This document shows, in pieces, positions 34,701 through 48,611 of a stretch of DNA of 64,000 bases. The stretch comes from the human T2T-CHM13v2.0 reference genome, Homo sapiens. The notes under the pieces were generated by a model, which had not been told where the DNA came from, did no database searches, and was given only the letters and a program-made list of their open reading frames with translations. A program made the translations under genes and the position numbers. The stretch lies in the NCBI RefSeq assembly GCF_009914755.1, contig NC_060930.1. One strand, written 5' to 3'. How positions within the stretch are numbered: position 1 is the stretch's first letter; each line of letters begins with the position of its first letter.

Positions 34701-37700
34701 CCTAGCATTGAGCTAGGAACCAGAGAATAGGAGAAAAATACCATAAACATGATCAACTCTTGTGAGGTTTCATTAGAGCAGCAGAGGCAAGTATTAAACA
34801 ATTCATTACAAATTTCCTTTTTTAAAATTCATAACTATAAAAAGCCAGGAGAATACAGTATATTTTATACATTTATAATGGAGATTGAGGATGCTGGATT
34901 CTGAATAATGAGTAGGGAATAGTTTATAAGGATAATGAAGGTTGGTCTGTGGGAAAATAGCTGATGGGGCTGAGGGAACATTGGTGTGAGTTCCCACCTA
35001 TTTCAAAATCTTGAAATAAAGTAGTAGCCAAGAGATAAATGATACATTTTAACCATATGACTATGAAAACAGATAAATCTAATACCTAATCTATGCAGAA
35101 GGATTAGTTTCACAGTAGAATTCCTCTCCATTGGACACCTAGGAAATAAATGTTTATTCATCTTTATGTGCTTAATACCTTGTACAGTGCTGGGCAAACT
35201 GCAGACACAAGTATTTCTTGAACTAGTTAATTAATTATTAATGAGAAATTGACTTTTTCTGGAGTAAACTAGAGATTTTTTATTCTATTTTTGAAGGAAG
35301 TGTTAATATAGAACTCTTTAATATAACACTATGACAAAGAGTTAGAAATAATCACTTAAAAGCAAATATCTAACCCAACAAATGTGCAGTAACAGTTATT
35401 TAAGAAATAAAAGAACAAAACCATATTAATGACATAGGAGAAGAAAATGAAGTTTTAATGTAACATGCATTTTCTTATAAATATATATAAAAAATTGCTT
35501 ATGTTTGCATGTGGTTCCTATCAGAAGCTCCTTAGCATAAATTATGTCTTTTGATGGTTACAGTAATCCTTCCTACAAAATATTTTCAAGTGCCTCTTAT
35601 AAACTCCTAGTCGATTATGATTTACAGTATTCAGGTTTGTCACCACTAAACTGGGATCACATATATTTTATTACATTACAACATGATTATGTTTGATGAT
35701 TTCTATTTTGACTCCAGTTCTAGAAATTGTATCTACTAGTGAGTCAACAATACTCCACTGCATGGAATTGTCAATCAATAAAAAATTGCTGATTGATTCA
35801 TTGATCTTGGTTATACTTTATTTCTGTTGCTGTCTTGATCTAATACAACTCGATTGGTATATTTTCCATTTTAAATTCATTTTACCAGAAAGTTTTTTTT
35901 TCTTCCCACGTCTTTCCACAAACCTATATAACCTATTGATGAGGTCAAGTTTCAAAAAATATATTAACATTTACCAAATTGAGGAGGATTAAAGTATATT
36001 ACTAGCAATTCAGATTCATGTGATTTTCCATATTGTTTCTATTTTTAAATGCATTAATTATTCAGTGGACCATAACAATTTCAAAGTCACTACAGTCTAT
36101 CATCTAAATATATATGCTTATATAAGAACTAATTTTGACAACAGATTATTTATCCATTAGCCCAAAAAAGCTCAACTACAGCTGTTACTCTCTAATTGTG
36201 GAGTCCCATATTTTGGCACATTTTATAAAAAGGTTTTTGACCCAAAACACTGCAATGGCTTTTCTTTGTCATTTAGATAGGGAAATATTGACATAATTCT
36301 TCCATGAGTAGTGTGCAGGCTTACAGTATGTTAGCTAATAACAACAATAAGCAGTCTGCTTTCTGCTGGAAAGCAGTGGAAAAATATTCTCTGGAGAAGT
36401 AAAAGCCTGATCCAAAGGAAAAAAAGTCTCTTAGGAAGTAAAATTTCTAATGTAACTCAGTAAAAGATTAGATTTAATTGGAAAAAAAATGTAAACTTTA
36501 AGTTTTACATACACATGCACAATCCCTATTTAGAAGTTTAAAAATAACTGCCAATAAACGGAAATTACTGGTAACTTCATTAAAAGTTATTTGGTGTTAT
36601 ACAATATTGAGTTTGCACCAGCAGTCAAGCCCTTTATTCTGAAAATTCTGTTGCAATTAACACCAATTTAACATTCTCCCTCCTATGAAGGAATTTGTGA
36701 GCCAATGCTTTCTGCATTGTACGTGAGAATTTCTAGCAGATTGTTCATATCACTTTACAGCATTTTTAACAATAATAAGAATAAAATTAATAATCACTAA
36801 GTAAGGGAGAAAGCATTAAGCAGATTGTGCACTAGGTCTCAGCTTTAGTATGCCATGGCATGGTGTGAAAATCATTCATTAACAAGGTTGATTTTCAAAG
36901 CCTCATTTGAATGTCTCTATTACCAGTCAAATAACCCCCACATTCTTCTCCATATTCTCACCTGCTAATTTCCATTTTCCATACTGCATACATGGTGATC
37001 TTTTCAAAATACAAACATTGTTACATTACATTTCCTTTCAAGATCCATCACTTTCAAATATTCTTGGACAAATTACCAAAATAATTACCTTTGCCTGCTT
37101 ACTTTTTCTTTCTCAAATGTCTTATTTTCTCCCACTCTTGGCCTATTATCAATGTTTACTTAAACATCTCTTCCTCTGCACTCTGCAATTGCCACCTTTG
37201 GGTCCAGTCCCTTGCCTATATCACGAGGCAACATATACCTTTTCTTCATTACACTTACCACTTTTATGTTTTTTATTTTATTTTTACTCTCTACTTCTCC
37301 TACCAGATTCATGAGGGTTGGAATAAAATCTGGTTTTGCTTCGCATTATAGGCTGGTATCTAGCCTGGTTCCTGGTGTGTAGTTGCTTGCTGCTCATTAA
37401 TCCATGCTACATGGAATGAGGACCAAACCAGAAATTAAATCTAAATGTAAATCTCTTCCGTCCATTTTTACTGAACTACTTACTAGCACTATGAACTTGG
37501 ACTAGTGTGTGTGTCTTATGGTTAGAACTTTTAGGCTTATAGATAACTGTACCTGAATAATACATTCCCTACATTTGTTGGCATGTGTAATTTTCATAGC
37601 TTTTCTTACCTTAATTAGAATCAAATCCTTATTCAAGTGGTATTAGTTCCTAGTCATATGGAGTCTATCAAAGCTCAATTTGAAACCATAATAAGGCAAA

Positions 37701-38818
37701 TACACGAGGATGCCAAAGTCTTTGAGAAATAGCCATCAAGAGAAACCCGAGAAAGAAACTGAGTAAGAGAGATGTAGCTTGAGAGAGAGAAAAAAGAGAG
37801 GGGGAGATTCAGAAGGACAGAGAGTGTGTAATTAGCTATCTTGTGACTTTCCATTTATCCCTGAATCCTGCCTCTATTTCTAGTTGCTCTTTTCCTTGAA
37901 ATTTCTTTGTATCCTCAGAAAAACTTCTACTTTTGTCTGAGCTAAATTGGGTGAATTGCTATTCATTGCAACCAACAATTTCTGACTAAGACATTGACTT
38001 TCTTAAACTCTTTGACTCTCAGTTGTCTCATTTGCTAAATGGGATCAATAGCAGGTCTGCTGTCTATGTTATAATGTTCCTATTAGAGTAAAATAAAATA
38101 ATACATTTATGAAATTTTAAATTTATTTGTTCATGTATTCATTTAATAAACATTAATTACATGCCAACTATGGGACAGATATGGGTTTATTCAGAAATTC
38201 AAAAATCAGTAAGTCTCTAAACACCATTGAAAAGCTTATCATCTAATAAAGAGCTCTAAATACAATTGTTTTGTGATTTAAAACTATCAGGAATCTTTTG
38301 CTTTCTACTTTTTTGTAGCAAATTATATAAAACTTCTTGTGTCATTTACTACTTAATCAGTCAAAAACAAGAAATGAATTATTATACTTCATTAACATCT
38401 ATTTTGTTCAAACTCTGAAACTTTTTGTCATTGCTGTATGGAATTTTGTATGTTACTTAAAGTAAATATATTTATACCCAAACTTTTGGGTATATTTTGG
38501 GTATATTACCCAAAAACATCCACTGAATCACTAATACAGCAAGCTGGTTGAAATTTGTTTTTCCAACATGAAGTACATGTGGCAAACACTACCTTTATTC
38601 AGAAACAATGCAGACTTAATTATTCAGAAAGCAATATGGTTATGTTCACTGTCTGAGTGTTTGTTGTAACACAGCGCACACTTTGAGATTCAATTCACTT
38701 TTGCTAAAATCCTATTATTAAGACTTAATATTTCTGAAATATTTTAATAGGCATTATGTGAAAAATTGTTCTAGGTAACCAACTAGACCTCATCCTCTTC
38801 TCTCTCTCCTATTTCCTG

Positions 38819-38819
<1 letters not shown>

Positions 38820-38871
<52 letters not shown>

Positions 38872-38881
38872 TGTGTGTGTG
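38820..38881. repeat. (GT)~30 microsatellite
   Basis: Direct inspection, one interruption. Confidence 0.97.
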
Positions 38882-40319
38882 AATATTATATCTCCAGACC
38901 AAATTTTGGAAAATGCTATTCTAGAGGGTATCTAGCACTTTTCTCATTCGCTGTTATCACAACAGGGTGCCAGCAAATAGCATAGTAAGACGATCATTCT
39001 TTCAATAATTTATGCCCTGTGCTAGGCACTGGGGAAAAATATGCTGGTAAAGATAACAATGATTCTGCCATGTTCTTCAAAAGGCAAACAGACAGATAGT
39101 AAATGAGAAACATATGGGTAAATAAGTAGTAAATAAGAAAAACAAATTAGAAATAAAGTATGAAAAGATCTATAAATAAAAACTATAGGGTACTATGTGA
39201 GAATATTTCTATGAGGAAGGCTGGAGTCTGTGCTAAAATGGAGACTAGGAAAGTGCTCTCATAATAACATTTAAGCTGAGACTTAAATAATGAGATCAAG
39301 TAAATGCCACCGAATGCTTTCTCTGAAAAGCAGACTTTGGGATGGAGATTAGCCTCTGGACAGTCAACATCTGTACAAAGGAAGGAAGGGAGCCGGATTG
39401 TCAGAGGGAGAAGTTGGCCTGATATTGTTTCAATGAATGCTTCTGCTGTCTCCCCAGAGACCTCTGAACGTGGAGCAGTCCTATAGAATTGCCCACTGTT
39501 GGAAGAAAAGGTGAAGATGACTAAGGTGGTAAGGAAAAATGTCTATTAGATTTTTAGTGACATGGAGTTTATTTAGATGTTCAGAAGAGAAATGAAAAGC
39601 ACAACTTCTGAGTGCAGTGTTAAAGTCCATAAGAGATTAGAGATTATGAAATGGTATCCATATGCATATTTTCTCTAGTAAAGCTAATGGTATCCATAGT
39701 AGATAGATGTTGAGGGGATGAGGAGCTGAGATTTTTTTCCAAGAAAGTGTAATAGAGGAAAAAGAGAGTAAGGGAGATAAGTATATTTTACATAGAATAG
39801 TTATAATGATGAACTGTGAAATCTAACAGTGGTGAAAAGATAATTAAATACAGGAAGAGGCTGAAGTCTAGAGTAGTAGTAGAATATATCGATTAAAATA
39901 CTCAATGATGAAGTCTTAGAATATAACAGTCAGTATCTGAACTGAAAAGTTAGGAAGATGTGATTGGAGAGTCAGATATTTAAAAGAATTTTATTCCCAC
40001 ATGTAGGATAATCCTGTTGTTCAGGCATATGATTAGTGATTTATTCCCTGGGAGCTACCTTCCTAAAATCTAGTCTTCAAAATAAATGTTTAAATGTTCT
40101 TTGTGGTGATCATCTTTCATCTCTATTATTTGACAGCATATATTTCATCTTATGTAGTAGAATCATATGGATGAGGGTTTTTTTCTAAATTATCTAATTA
40201 CTAATTATCACTAGTGGTGATCGGCTTATTTAAATTGAATGAAAAGTTACTGCCTATTATCCTTTTTCATATAAACAATAAAAATATGAACATGGAATAA
40301 TGACTTAAAGATATAGTAA

Positions 40320-40675
<356 letters not shown>

Positions 40676-40691
40676 GAGTGGAGGCATTTAC

Positions 40692-41123
40692 TTTTTTTTT
40701 TTTTTTTTTTTTTTGAGACGGAGTCTCGCTCTGTCTCCAGGCAAGAGTGCCTGGCCTCCTTGAAGTGTCACTCACCGGTTTCTGCCACACTGCTGTCCTG
40801 GCCCTGCCATCACTTCACACAAAATTCCTGGGAAGGGCAATCAGAGGGCTCAGTGGACAGGTGACATGCAGACCTAATGCAGGCGTAATCTCGGCTCACT
40901 GCAAGCTCTGCTTCCCGGGTTCACGCTATTCTACTGCCTCAGCCTCCCAAGTAGCTGGGTCCACAGGCGCCCGCCACCACGCCTGGCTAATTTTTTGTAT
41001 TTTTAGTAGAGACGGGGTTTCACCGTGTTAGCCAGGATGGTCTCGATCTCCTGACCTCGTGATCCACCCGCCTCTGCCTCCCAAAGTGCTGGGATTACAG
41101 GCGTGAGCCACTGCGCCCGGCCC
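40692..41123 (-). mobile_element. AluY copy 2 of tandem pair, interrupted by a 128-bp foreign insert (40751-40878)
   Basis: The Alu breaks at gagtgc| and resumes at gcaggcgtaatctcggctc. The insert is the reverse complement of 42330-42457. Confidence 0.93.
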
Positions 41124-41279
41124 GAGTAGAGGCATTTACTATTTACCTAATTTATCTACATGCTGCCACATTTTCCCACTCCTTTCAGTTAGGTAGAGTA
41201 ACGGGATCTTTTCTATGTCCAAAAATCGTGGGCATCATTTATGAATCAAGGCATTTAAAAGAAGACATGGGTTCCATAC

Positions 41280-41570
41280 TCACCCTTTTCTCCTGATATG
41301 ATGACCTGGAAGCCACATGTTGAGATCCTGGAGCAGAGCGGAAGATGGAAATAACCTGGATTCCTGAATCATCACTGAGAGCCACCTGGAGAAGCCTTTG
41401 GACACACAGTAGAACCAAAGATACAGATAACCTGGATCCCTGAGTCATCAACTGGGAGCTACCCTGAGACGCCTTTGGACACATAGCAGAGTTTGCCTGA
41501 GCTCCTGTGTGCTAATTCAGTGAGATTTCAGTTTTGCAGGATAGCATAACCTATTGTGACTAATATAACA
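41280..41570 (+). mobile_element. MLT1-like LTR remnant with ~75-bp internal tandem duplication
   Basis: ataacctggat.cctga.tcatca...gcctttggacaca occurs at ~41351 and ~41427; ends tgactaata. Confidence 0.55.
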
Positions 41571-43173
41571 AGAGACTAATATTTTTATATAAAAAATAAA
41601 AGAATGTAGCAAACAAGGAAAATGAGTTATGGTTCCTATAAATAGTTATTTAAAATCTGTGATTACTATGGCATATTTTAGAACATTCAAACCAAAACTA
41701 AATCATATGAAAGGAAAAGTGTTTAAGGAGTTTGGGCTAACAGATATCTATCACTAGGCTCTTAACATCACTTCTCTTTAGAAAGGAAACATTCTGATAC
41801 GTGATTCTTTCTAGACAAGGACAGTTGGTGAACCACGCACCTGAAGTAGCCCAATAGGCGCCTTTTAAATATTTATCAAAAAAAACTTTGATATTTTTCT
41901 TCAAAACATTCCTTACACTACCTCCTCCTGTCCTTTACCAAATAAGTCTGCCTTTGTATACAGAGAAATGTCCTGGTTTTAGTCTGAAGAGATTATGAAA
42001 ACAGTGCTGTATTGTTCTCCTGAAACTTTTGTTCCTTGGATAAATTGTGCAATCTCAGTTTCCTAGTACCTCCTTATATTCTGAATCCTGTTTGAGAAGT
42101 TGCTGCTTGCCTGGAAGGCAACTGACCACAGACTCCTTATTTTACCAAAGTACAGAAAATAATAGTCTTTTTTGCCCTAATTCTCACAAATTATTCATTT
42201 GAAGAATGCAATGCATACCTAGAGGATCAAGTGACAGTGGTGGGGAAGGGGAAAGGGAAAGGAATAGGAGAAGGACAATTTTGATTTGGAGATTCCAAAG
42301 ATATTGTGTTGGGATTGCCAGAATCATGAATTAGGTCTGCATGTCACCTGTCCACTGAGCCCTCTGATTGCCCTTCCCAGGAATTTTGTGTGAAGTGATA
42401 GTGGAGCCAGGACAGCAGTGTGGCAGAAACCAGTGAGTGACACTTCAAGGAGGCCAGATGGCCAAGCAGCATCTGGAATCGCTTTGCCTGCAGTTAACAG
42501 CATATTTTATCTCTGCTACACGGTACCCTTTCTTAAAAAATCTAATAAATCTCTTGTTTTAAGGCAATAAATCTAATAAATCCCTTGATTATGGGGGACT
42601 GTTACTTTTGTTTTGGCAAACTTTAAAGGGGTAACTACAACCACATACCTTGAAAGGGGATAAAAGGTAAAATATCAGTATGGGAAATCCTAACCTCTGA
42701 GAGGTTAGGCAGGAATAAGGAAACAAGGCCCACGTTTGGACAGAGGCTTATGTATATGCCCTAAACAGACTCAGCATAGGTTAGTTGTGACTTAGGCTAA
42801 GTCCTTTATTTAATATAGCCTTTGAAACCATCATAGGTCTATGCTATATCATCTGTATTCATTTCATTCTATATTTTCAGCTTTTTTATTTTCAAAAATT
42901 TAATGCCTTTAGGCTTCAGTAGGTCCCTACTGACAAAAAGAAAGATAATTAATGACAAATCAATTAGCATTCACCTATGATTACTAAATGACTCAGCATT
43001 TCATTAAATATTTACATTTTATAAAGAAGACTGTGTGCATGCAATGAAAAGGCGTAACATACTGATTTGAGCCTACCATCATGGATTATAAGAAATGTAG
43101 AATAATGTGATAGGAAATGGGGCAGTCCAGTGTCTTACCTATCTTACCTGATGCTGGATTGCTGATTACATAC

Positions 43174-43241
43174 CATTTATAGGAATAATGACAGACTGAG
43201 AGATGAAATCTACTTTGTATCTTTTGCAAATAAGATCATAA
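43174..43241 (-). pseudogene. Gc-like pseudogene exon 9 (domain III)
   Basis: Acceptor gatggtag|T (phase matches exon 8) and donor ATG|gtatgt (phase matches exon 10). It reads YDLICKRYKVDFISQSVIIPING, similar to Gc CTVFHDRILVTPNE. Alternative donor at 43148. Confidence 0.6.
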
Positions 43242-43398
43242 CTACCATCAATGAGAATACATATTCAATAATACTCCACCCTTCCAGAACTTAGAACTGT
43301 GCCTAAAATATTTAGACATTCACTAAGTATTGTCTGAATAACTCTAATATTCAGACTAGCTTTTGTCAATTGACATCCATGCTTTTATCAGTACTTAC

Positions 43399-43600
43399 AT
43401 AGCTATCCTTTGTTCTTTTTAATAGTCCAGTCATAAATATTAAGAAAAAACTTAGACAGCTTTTTCCATATAACAACACACATATCTGGGAGTTTAATAA
43501 GTCTCAAATTCATAATGGGAGAGCTGGTTCTATTTAACAATCTGACCACGACCCACTTTCTTATACTAGACGATGCCAGTGTCATCCATGTCAATGTGCA
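43399..43600 (-). pseudogene. Gc-like pseudogene exon 8 (domain I end / linker / domain III start)
   Basis: Acceptor cacctctttag|TG and donor TAT|gtaagt. It reads HIDMDDTGIV*YKKVGRGQIVK*NQLSHYEFETY, similar to Gc [35 protein letters not shown]. There is a one-base phase mismatch with exon 7. Confidence 0.75.
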
Positions 43601-44129
43601 CTAAAGAGGTGACTAACATCAATTGAGCACCAAGTACAGTCTATGCATTTCTCCAACTGTAATATTTGTTATGTCTTTTCATATTTACACAAAATATTAA
43701 CTAATTACTATTATAACCACATTTCACTGGTAAGAAAACAGATGCAGAAAAGTTAAGTAACTTGTTCTAATTCTTATCACTAGAAATATAGAAAAAGTTA
43801 AGATTTAGGATTCAGACTTAGGTTTTCTCAATTTTAAGGACTGGACATTGCCTACTTACTATGATGTATAATAAATTTTGCTTTAACCCTTTATGATATT
43901 ATAAAACTATAACTTAAATTACGTTTATATTCTGATCTAAATTATCTCCAATTGAAATTTTTACTGAATATATAAAAATAAAGCAAACTTTTTATTATAA
44001 AGATAGAATTTTTAAATAAACATGTTCAGGTAGCCATGAACCCTCCAAGAGTTACAAAAACTCAGAAAATCCACTATTGGTTTCTGCCACCACAAATATT
44101 CGTGTGTTTCCTCCCAACCAACAAGGTAA

Positions 44130-47100
44130 GCTTCCATATACTGATCTGTAAAGACAGGAAAAAATTATTTTGCAGACCTAATACTAGCCTAGAAACATCA
44201 CAAAGCACTTGAGGAAAACCAGCATTGTGATAAAGAGGCATAAAACTTACAAAAACTTTTGAGGAGATAAATTTATAAAGGGGAAAAAAGGAATAACTGT
44301 AATACTTAGAGTCATTCAAAGAGATACTGCATTCATAAAATAAGACAGATATGCTATCAAAGAAATAATTAGTGATAATGAAATTAAATTATTTGATTAG
44401 CAAAATAAGTAAGAAAAAAGGAATGGTTTAAGAATAGAATGGGCACAATGAAAAGGCAATTAGAGATAGAAGGTAATCCTCCACAATGAATGGTAAAAAG
44501 ATAAAGCATTGAAAAGTATGAGAAAATTCAAGATATTCAGAGTACAAATCCAGAATATTTAATATCTATATAGTGGGATTTCAAAAAGGAGACTATAGAG
44601 AAAAAGCAGAAAAGAAAGAAAAAATGAATAAATAGAAGAAATAAACACTATACTGTCAAAAATATACTAAAGAAATATTAAAGATCCAAAGGGTCTACCA
44701 ATTTCCATGCAAAATAAAAGTGGCCAAAATAGAAATATATGAGTGCGATTTAAAAACATTAATAATAAAAATAATGTGCTAAAAACATAGCATAGAGATA
44801 AAAAATTTAAAGCTATCTACAAAAGATTAATAATGAGACTAATATTAGGTTTCTCATTGATGGGAGTCTAAAAGACAAAGGAAAACCGGCTACTGGTAAA
44901 AATGCTTTGAAATATCAAATCCTGTTGTGGGAAGTCATGGACCCTGAATGGAGGGACCAGCTGAAGCCATGGCAGAAGAACATAAATTGTGAAGATTTCA
45001 TGGACATTTATTAGTTCCCCAAATTAGTACTTTTATAATTTCTTACACCTGTCTTTACTGCAGTCTCTGAACATAAATTGTGAAGATTTCATGGACACTT
45101 ATCACTTCCCCAATCAATACCCTTGTGATTTCCTATGCCTGTCTTTACTTTAATCTCTTAATCCCGTCATCTTCGTAAGCTAAGGATGAATGTCGCCTCA
45201 GGCCCCTGTGATGATTGCATTAACTGCACAAATTGTTTAAACAATATGAAATCTGGGCACCTTGAAAAAAGAACAGGATAACAGCGATGTTCAGGAAACA
45301 AGGGAGATAACCTTAAAGTCTGGCTGCCCGTAGGCCAGGCAGAACAGAGCCATATTTCTCTTCTTTCAAAAGCAAATAGGAGAAATATTGCTGAATTCTT
45401 TTTCTCAGCAAGGAACAGCCCTGAGAAAGAGAATGCATGCCTAGGGATAGGCCTCTAAAATGGCCGCTCTGGGAACGTCTGTCTTTTATGGTTATAGATA
45501 AGGGATGAAATAAACCCCAGTCTCCCATAGTGCTCCCAGGCTTATTAAGACAAGGAAATTCCTGCCTAATAAATTTTGGTCAGACCGGTCGTCTGCTCTC
45601 AAACCCTGTCTCCTGATAAAATGTTATCAATGACAATGCATGCCCAAAACTTCATTAGCAATTTTAATTTCACCCCAGTCCTGTGATCTTGCCCTGCCTC
45701 CATTTGTCTTGTGATATTTTATTACCTTGTGAAGCATGTGATCTCTGTGACCCACACCCTATTTATACACTCCCTCCCCTTTTGAAAATCACTAATAAAA
45801 ACTTGCTGGTTTTGCGGCTTGAGTGGCATCATGGAACCTGCCAACATGTGATGTCTCCCCTGGACACACAGTTTTAAAATTTCACTCTTCTGTACTCTTT
45901 CCCTTTATTTCTCAGACCGGCCGACATGTAGGGAAAATAGAAAAGCACCCACATGAAATATCGGGGGCTGAATTTCCCTGATAAAATCCCATATAAGGTC
46001 AAGTCAGCATTTAAGTGTGAGGATAAATTGTAAACATTTATTGAAATGAAAGAACTTACTGCAGAACATACGAATAAGCAATTCTGAAAGATTAACAAAC
46101 AAATTTAAATTAAAATATGAATTCAAAGAAAAGGAAAGCATGGATTACAAGAAACCATGGTGAGGGAAATATAGCCAAATAAAAGCAACAAAAATATATT
46201 AACACTTATAGTTAAGTATAAAGTTTGTTCATTCACCATGTAAAAATTTTCACATAAATCGGAATTAAAATTCCAGATAATCCAACCATAGGATCCACTG
46301 ATGGAACATTAGGAAATTAATATATTACATTCATATTAGTAAACAAGAGAGATAAAAAGTAATAACCTAACGGTATAATCCAAGAAACTAGGAGAAAGCC
46401 TCAAATCGGTTAGATTAAATTAATTAAAAATAAAAATTAATAAAATAAAAAACAACAAAAAAGCTGATTTTTTTTGCACTTCTTGTCAGGTAATGAAAAA
46501 AATGAATAGATAAAAACAACATTATGAAAAAGAATTGGGACAAAACTTGAGACAAATAAAATATATTAAACATTTTATGACTAATTAAGATACTTTTATT
46601 TCAATATATTTGAAAAAAACATGAATTGGAAGAGATTTGAAAATATAAATCACCAAACTTGGTTCAAGAAAAAGAAAAATAGAAAATCTGAATAGACAAT
46701 AACCAGGAGAGAACTGTAAAATTTAGTCAAATATGTGTTACAAAAAGCATCAGACCAAGATAGGTTTATAGATGAGGTCTAGCAAAACTTCATGTAATGG
46801 TTGATTACTGCCACCTCAGTTATAAACAGCATAGAAAAATGTTCAATGTTTCAACTCATTTTTAACACAACTCTGCTGTGAAAAGCTGGCAAAGGTAGTG
46901 AACACAAGTGTACACAAACACACACACACACATACACACCCTTAGCCTAAACTTACATGTCAGAGGGAAATAAATAAAGAACAAAAAATGCTAAATAAAA
47001 TATTAGCAGTTCAAATCCAGAAAAATACTAAAGGATTAATATGTCATGACTGGGGTTGGTTCACTCCAGAAATAGAATAACATTTCAATATCACTATTTG

Positions 47101-47380
47101 CTATATTATAAGATGTAAAGTGAAAATTTATCTTATATAGATGCCTATTATATATTAGATAAGATTGGACACTCGCCTCTAGTTTTAAAGAGAGGAGAAA
47201 GAAAGAAAGATGCTCTCTTAAGAAACTAGAAATAAAAATTAGAAACAGATTAAGGAAACGTACCATCTCCATTCTTAGTCAGCATTGCTCTGGAAGGTCT
47301 AACTGATGTTATATGAAAACAACAGCAACAATCTAAATTATAGAAATAATAAGACAAAGAAGACAAAAAAGTTATTTGTA
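44130..47380 (+). mobile_element. Highly decayed ancient L1 (L1ME-like) fragments, split by MER11
   Basis: A-rich sequence with ORF2-like remnants (aaatctgaatagacaataacc, atgctaaataaaatattagca, gttggttcactccagaaat). Confidence 0.55.
44923..45983 (+). mobile_element. MER11 (HERV-K11/HML8) solo LTR
   Basis: tgttgtgggaagtcatggaccc...gaacataaattgtgaagatttcatggaca (twice)...aatttccctgata; perfect 6-bp TSD aaatcc (44917-44922 / 45984-45989). Confidence 0.95.
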
Positions 47381-47382
47381 AA

Positions 47383-48221
47383 TGAAGAGGATCAAAATAC
47401 ACTATCCCAAAATGTGCCACTTTGGCATATTCATTATTTTGAGCTGAAAGCAATTAAGAAACAACAGATACAGGAAGAATTCTCTGACTGCTCCTTCTTA
47501 CCTAAAACCAAAGCATAAATTTTATTTGTGAAAGGAACTGTTCTTAGAGCAGGGAGAGGGGAATATTCTTATCACTGGAAATGGGGAGTTAACACTGAGA
47601 TGAATCTGTACAGGCTTACTAAAATAACCATTATCTTCTATTCCTTTTCCTTTTATATTTACTAATTACTTTCCCACAGTTTACTGTCCCTAGCCCAAAC
47701 CTCTTTTTCCTCTATTTTAGTATATCTCCACAATTTACTGTGCAGTGTTAAAATGGTATATATGCTCTCATTATGTAATTCTTAGAGCAAACTTGTCCTA
47801 CCTGTGGCCTACAAGCTGCATGCAGGCCAGGATGGCTTTGAACAGAAATTTGCAAAATTTCTTAAACGGTATGAGATTTTTTTTTAGGATTACTTTTTTT
47901 TTTTTTTTTTTTTTTTTAGCTCATCAGCTATTGTTAGCATTAGTGTACTTTATGTGTGGCCCTAGACAATTCTTCCATTGTGGCCCAGGGAAGCCAAAAG
48001 ATTAGACATCCCTGACTTAGCACTTATAAGGTATATAAGACCTATTCACTTCTTGAGTCTTCATTTCTTATATATGAAAGCTTCCACATACATGTAAAAA
48101 TATTAAAACCAAATAAAAGTTTTAGGCTTTTCTCCTGCAAATCTACCTTTTCTCAGTTTAATTCTCAGGCCCAGCCATAGAACCTAATAGGGTAGAGGAA
48201 AAGGCTTTCCTCCTCTATACA
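47383..48221 (+). mobile_element. MER34-like ERV1 solo LTR, interrupted by MER30
   Basis: tgaagaggatcaaaat...ccactttggcata..attttgagctgaa start; gggtagaggaaaa..ttcctcctctataca end. Confidence 0.8.
47786..48014. mobile_element. MER30 hAT MITE
   Basis: gccaggatggctttgaa...gctcatcagctattgttagc...tgtggcccagggaagccaaaagattagacatccctg. Confidence 0.85.
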
Positions 48222-48475
48222 GACATTGTGACACACATAAATACTAAGATAATCCCCTGTATTGATATAATTATTTTTTCATGAGAACATATGGACAGTT
48301 TGTGTATTTTTTTCATTTAAAACTGCAAACAAAAAGTAGGTCCAGAGTTCTCATAAAACAACCAGAGCTCTAGCATTGACTTTATAACTGAATTGGTGTG
48401 TTTTCCTTTAAGAAGAAAGCAATTAATAAAGAAAAAGAAAACTCATGGATAATGATAAGGTAAATGTTTTCATAC

Positions 48476-48611
48476 CTACAGTACAGCCCTATAGAATCAA
48501 GGGAATTGAAAAATGGGTCATCATTCTTTATCTTGAAGAGATTTAGTTCACTGACTTTAGGGGTATGTAGAAATTTATACATACAGAAATTCTGAGAGAC
48601 TGAATTGTAGC
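48476..48611 (-). pseudogene. Gc-like pseudogene exon 7 (stop-free, 136 nt)
   Basis: Acceptor ccattttcttag|GC and donor TAG|gtatga. It reads (G)YNSVSQNFCMYKFLHTPKVSELNLFKIKNDDPFFNSLDSIGLYC, similar to Gc [29 protein letters not shown]. Confidence 0.75.

Noticed and set aside
43560-48520. Resemblance of NSLDSIGLY...MDDTG to nematode EFF-1 (NNFDRLGWYRMDDSG)
   Set aside because: This is a single local similarity. The other exons follow orthobunyavirus Gc order and spacing, not EFF-1/AFF-1 or HAP2.
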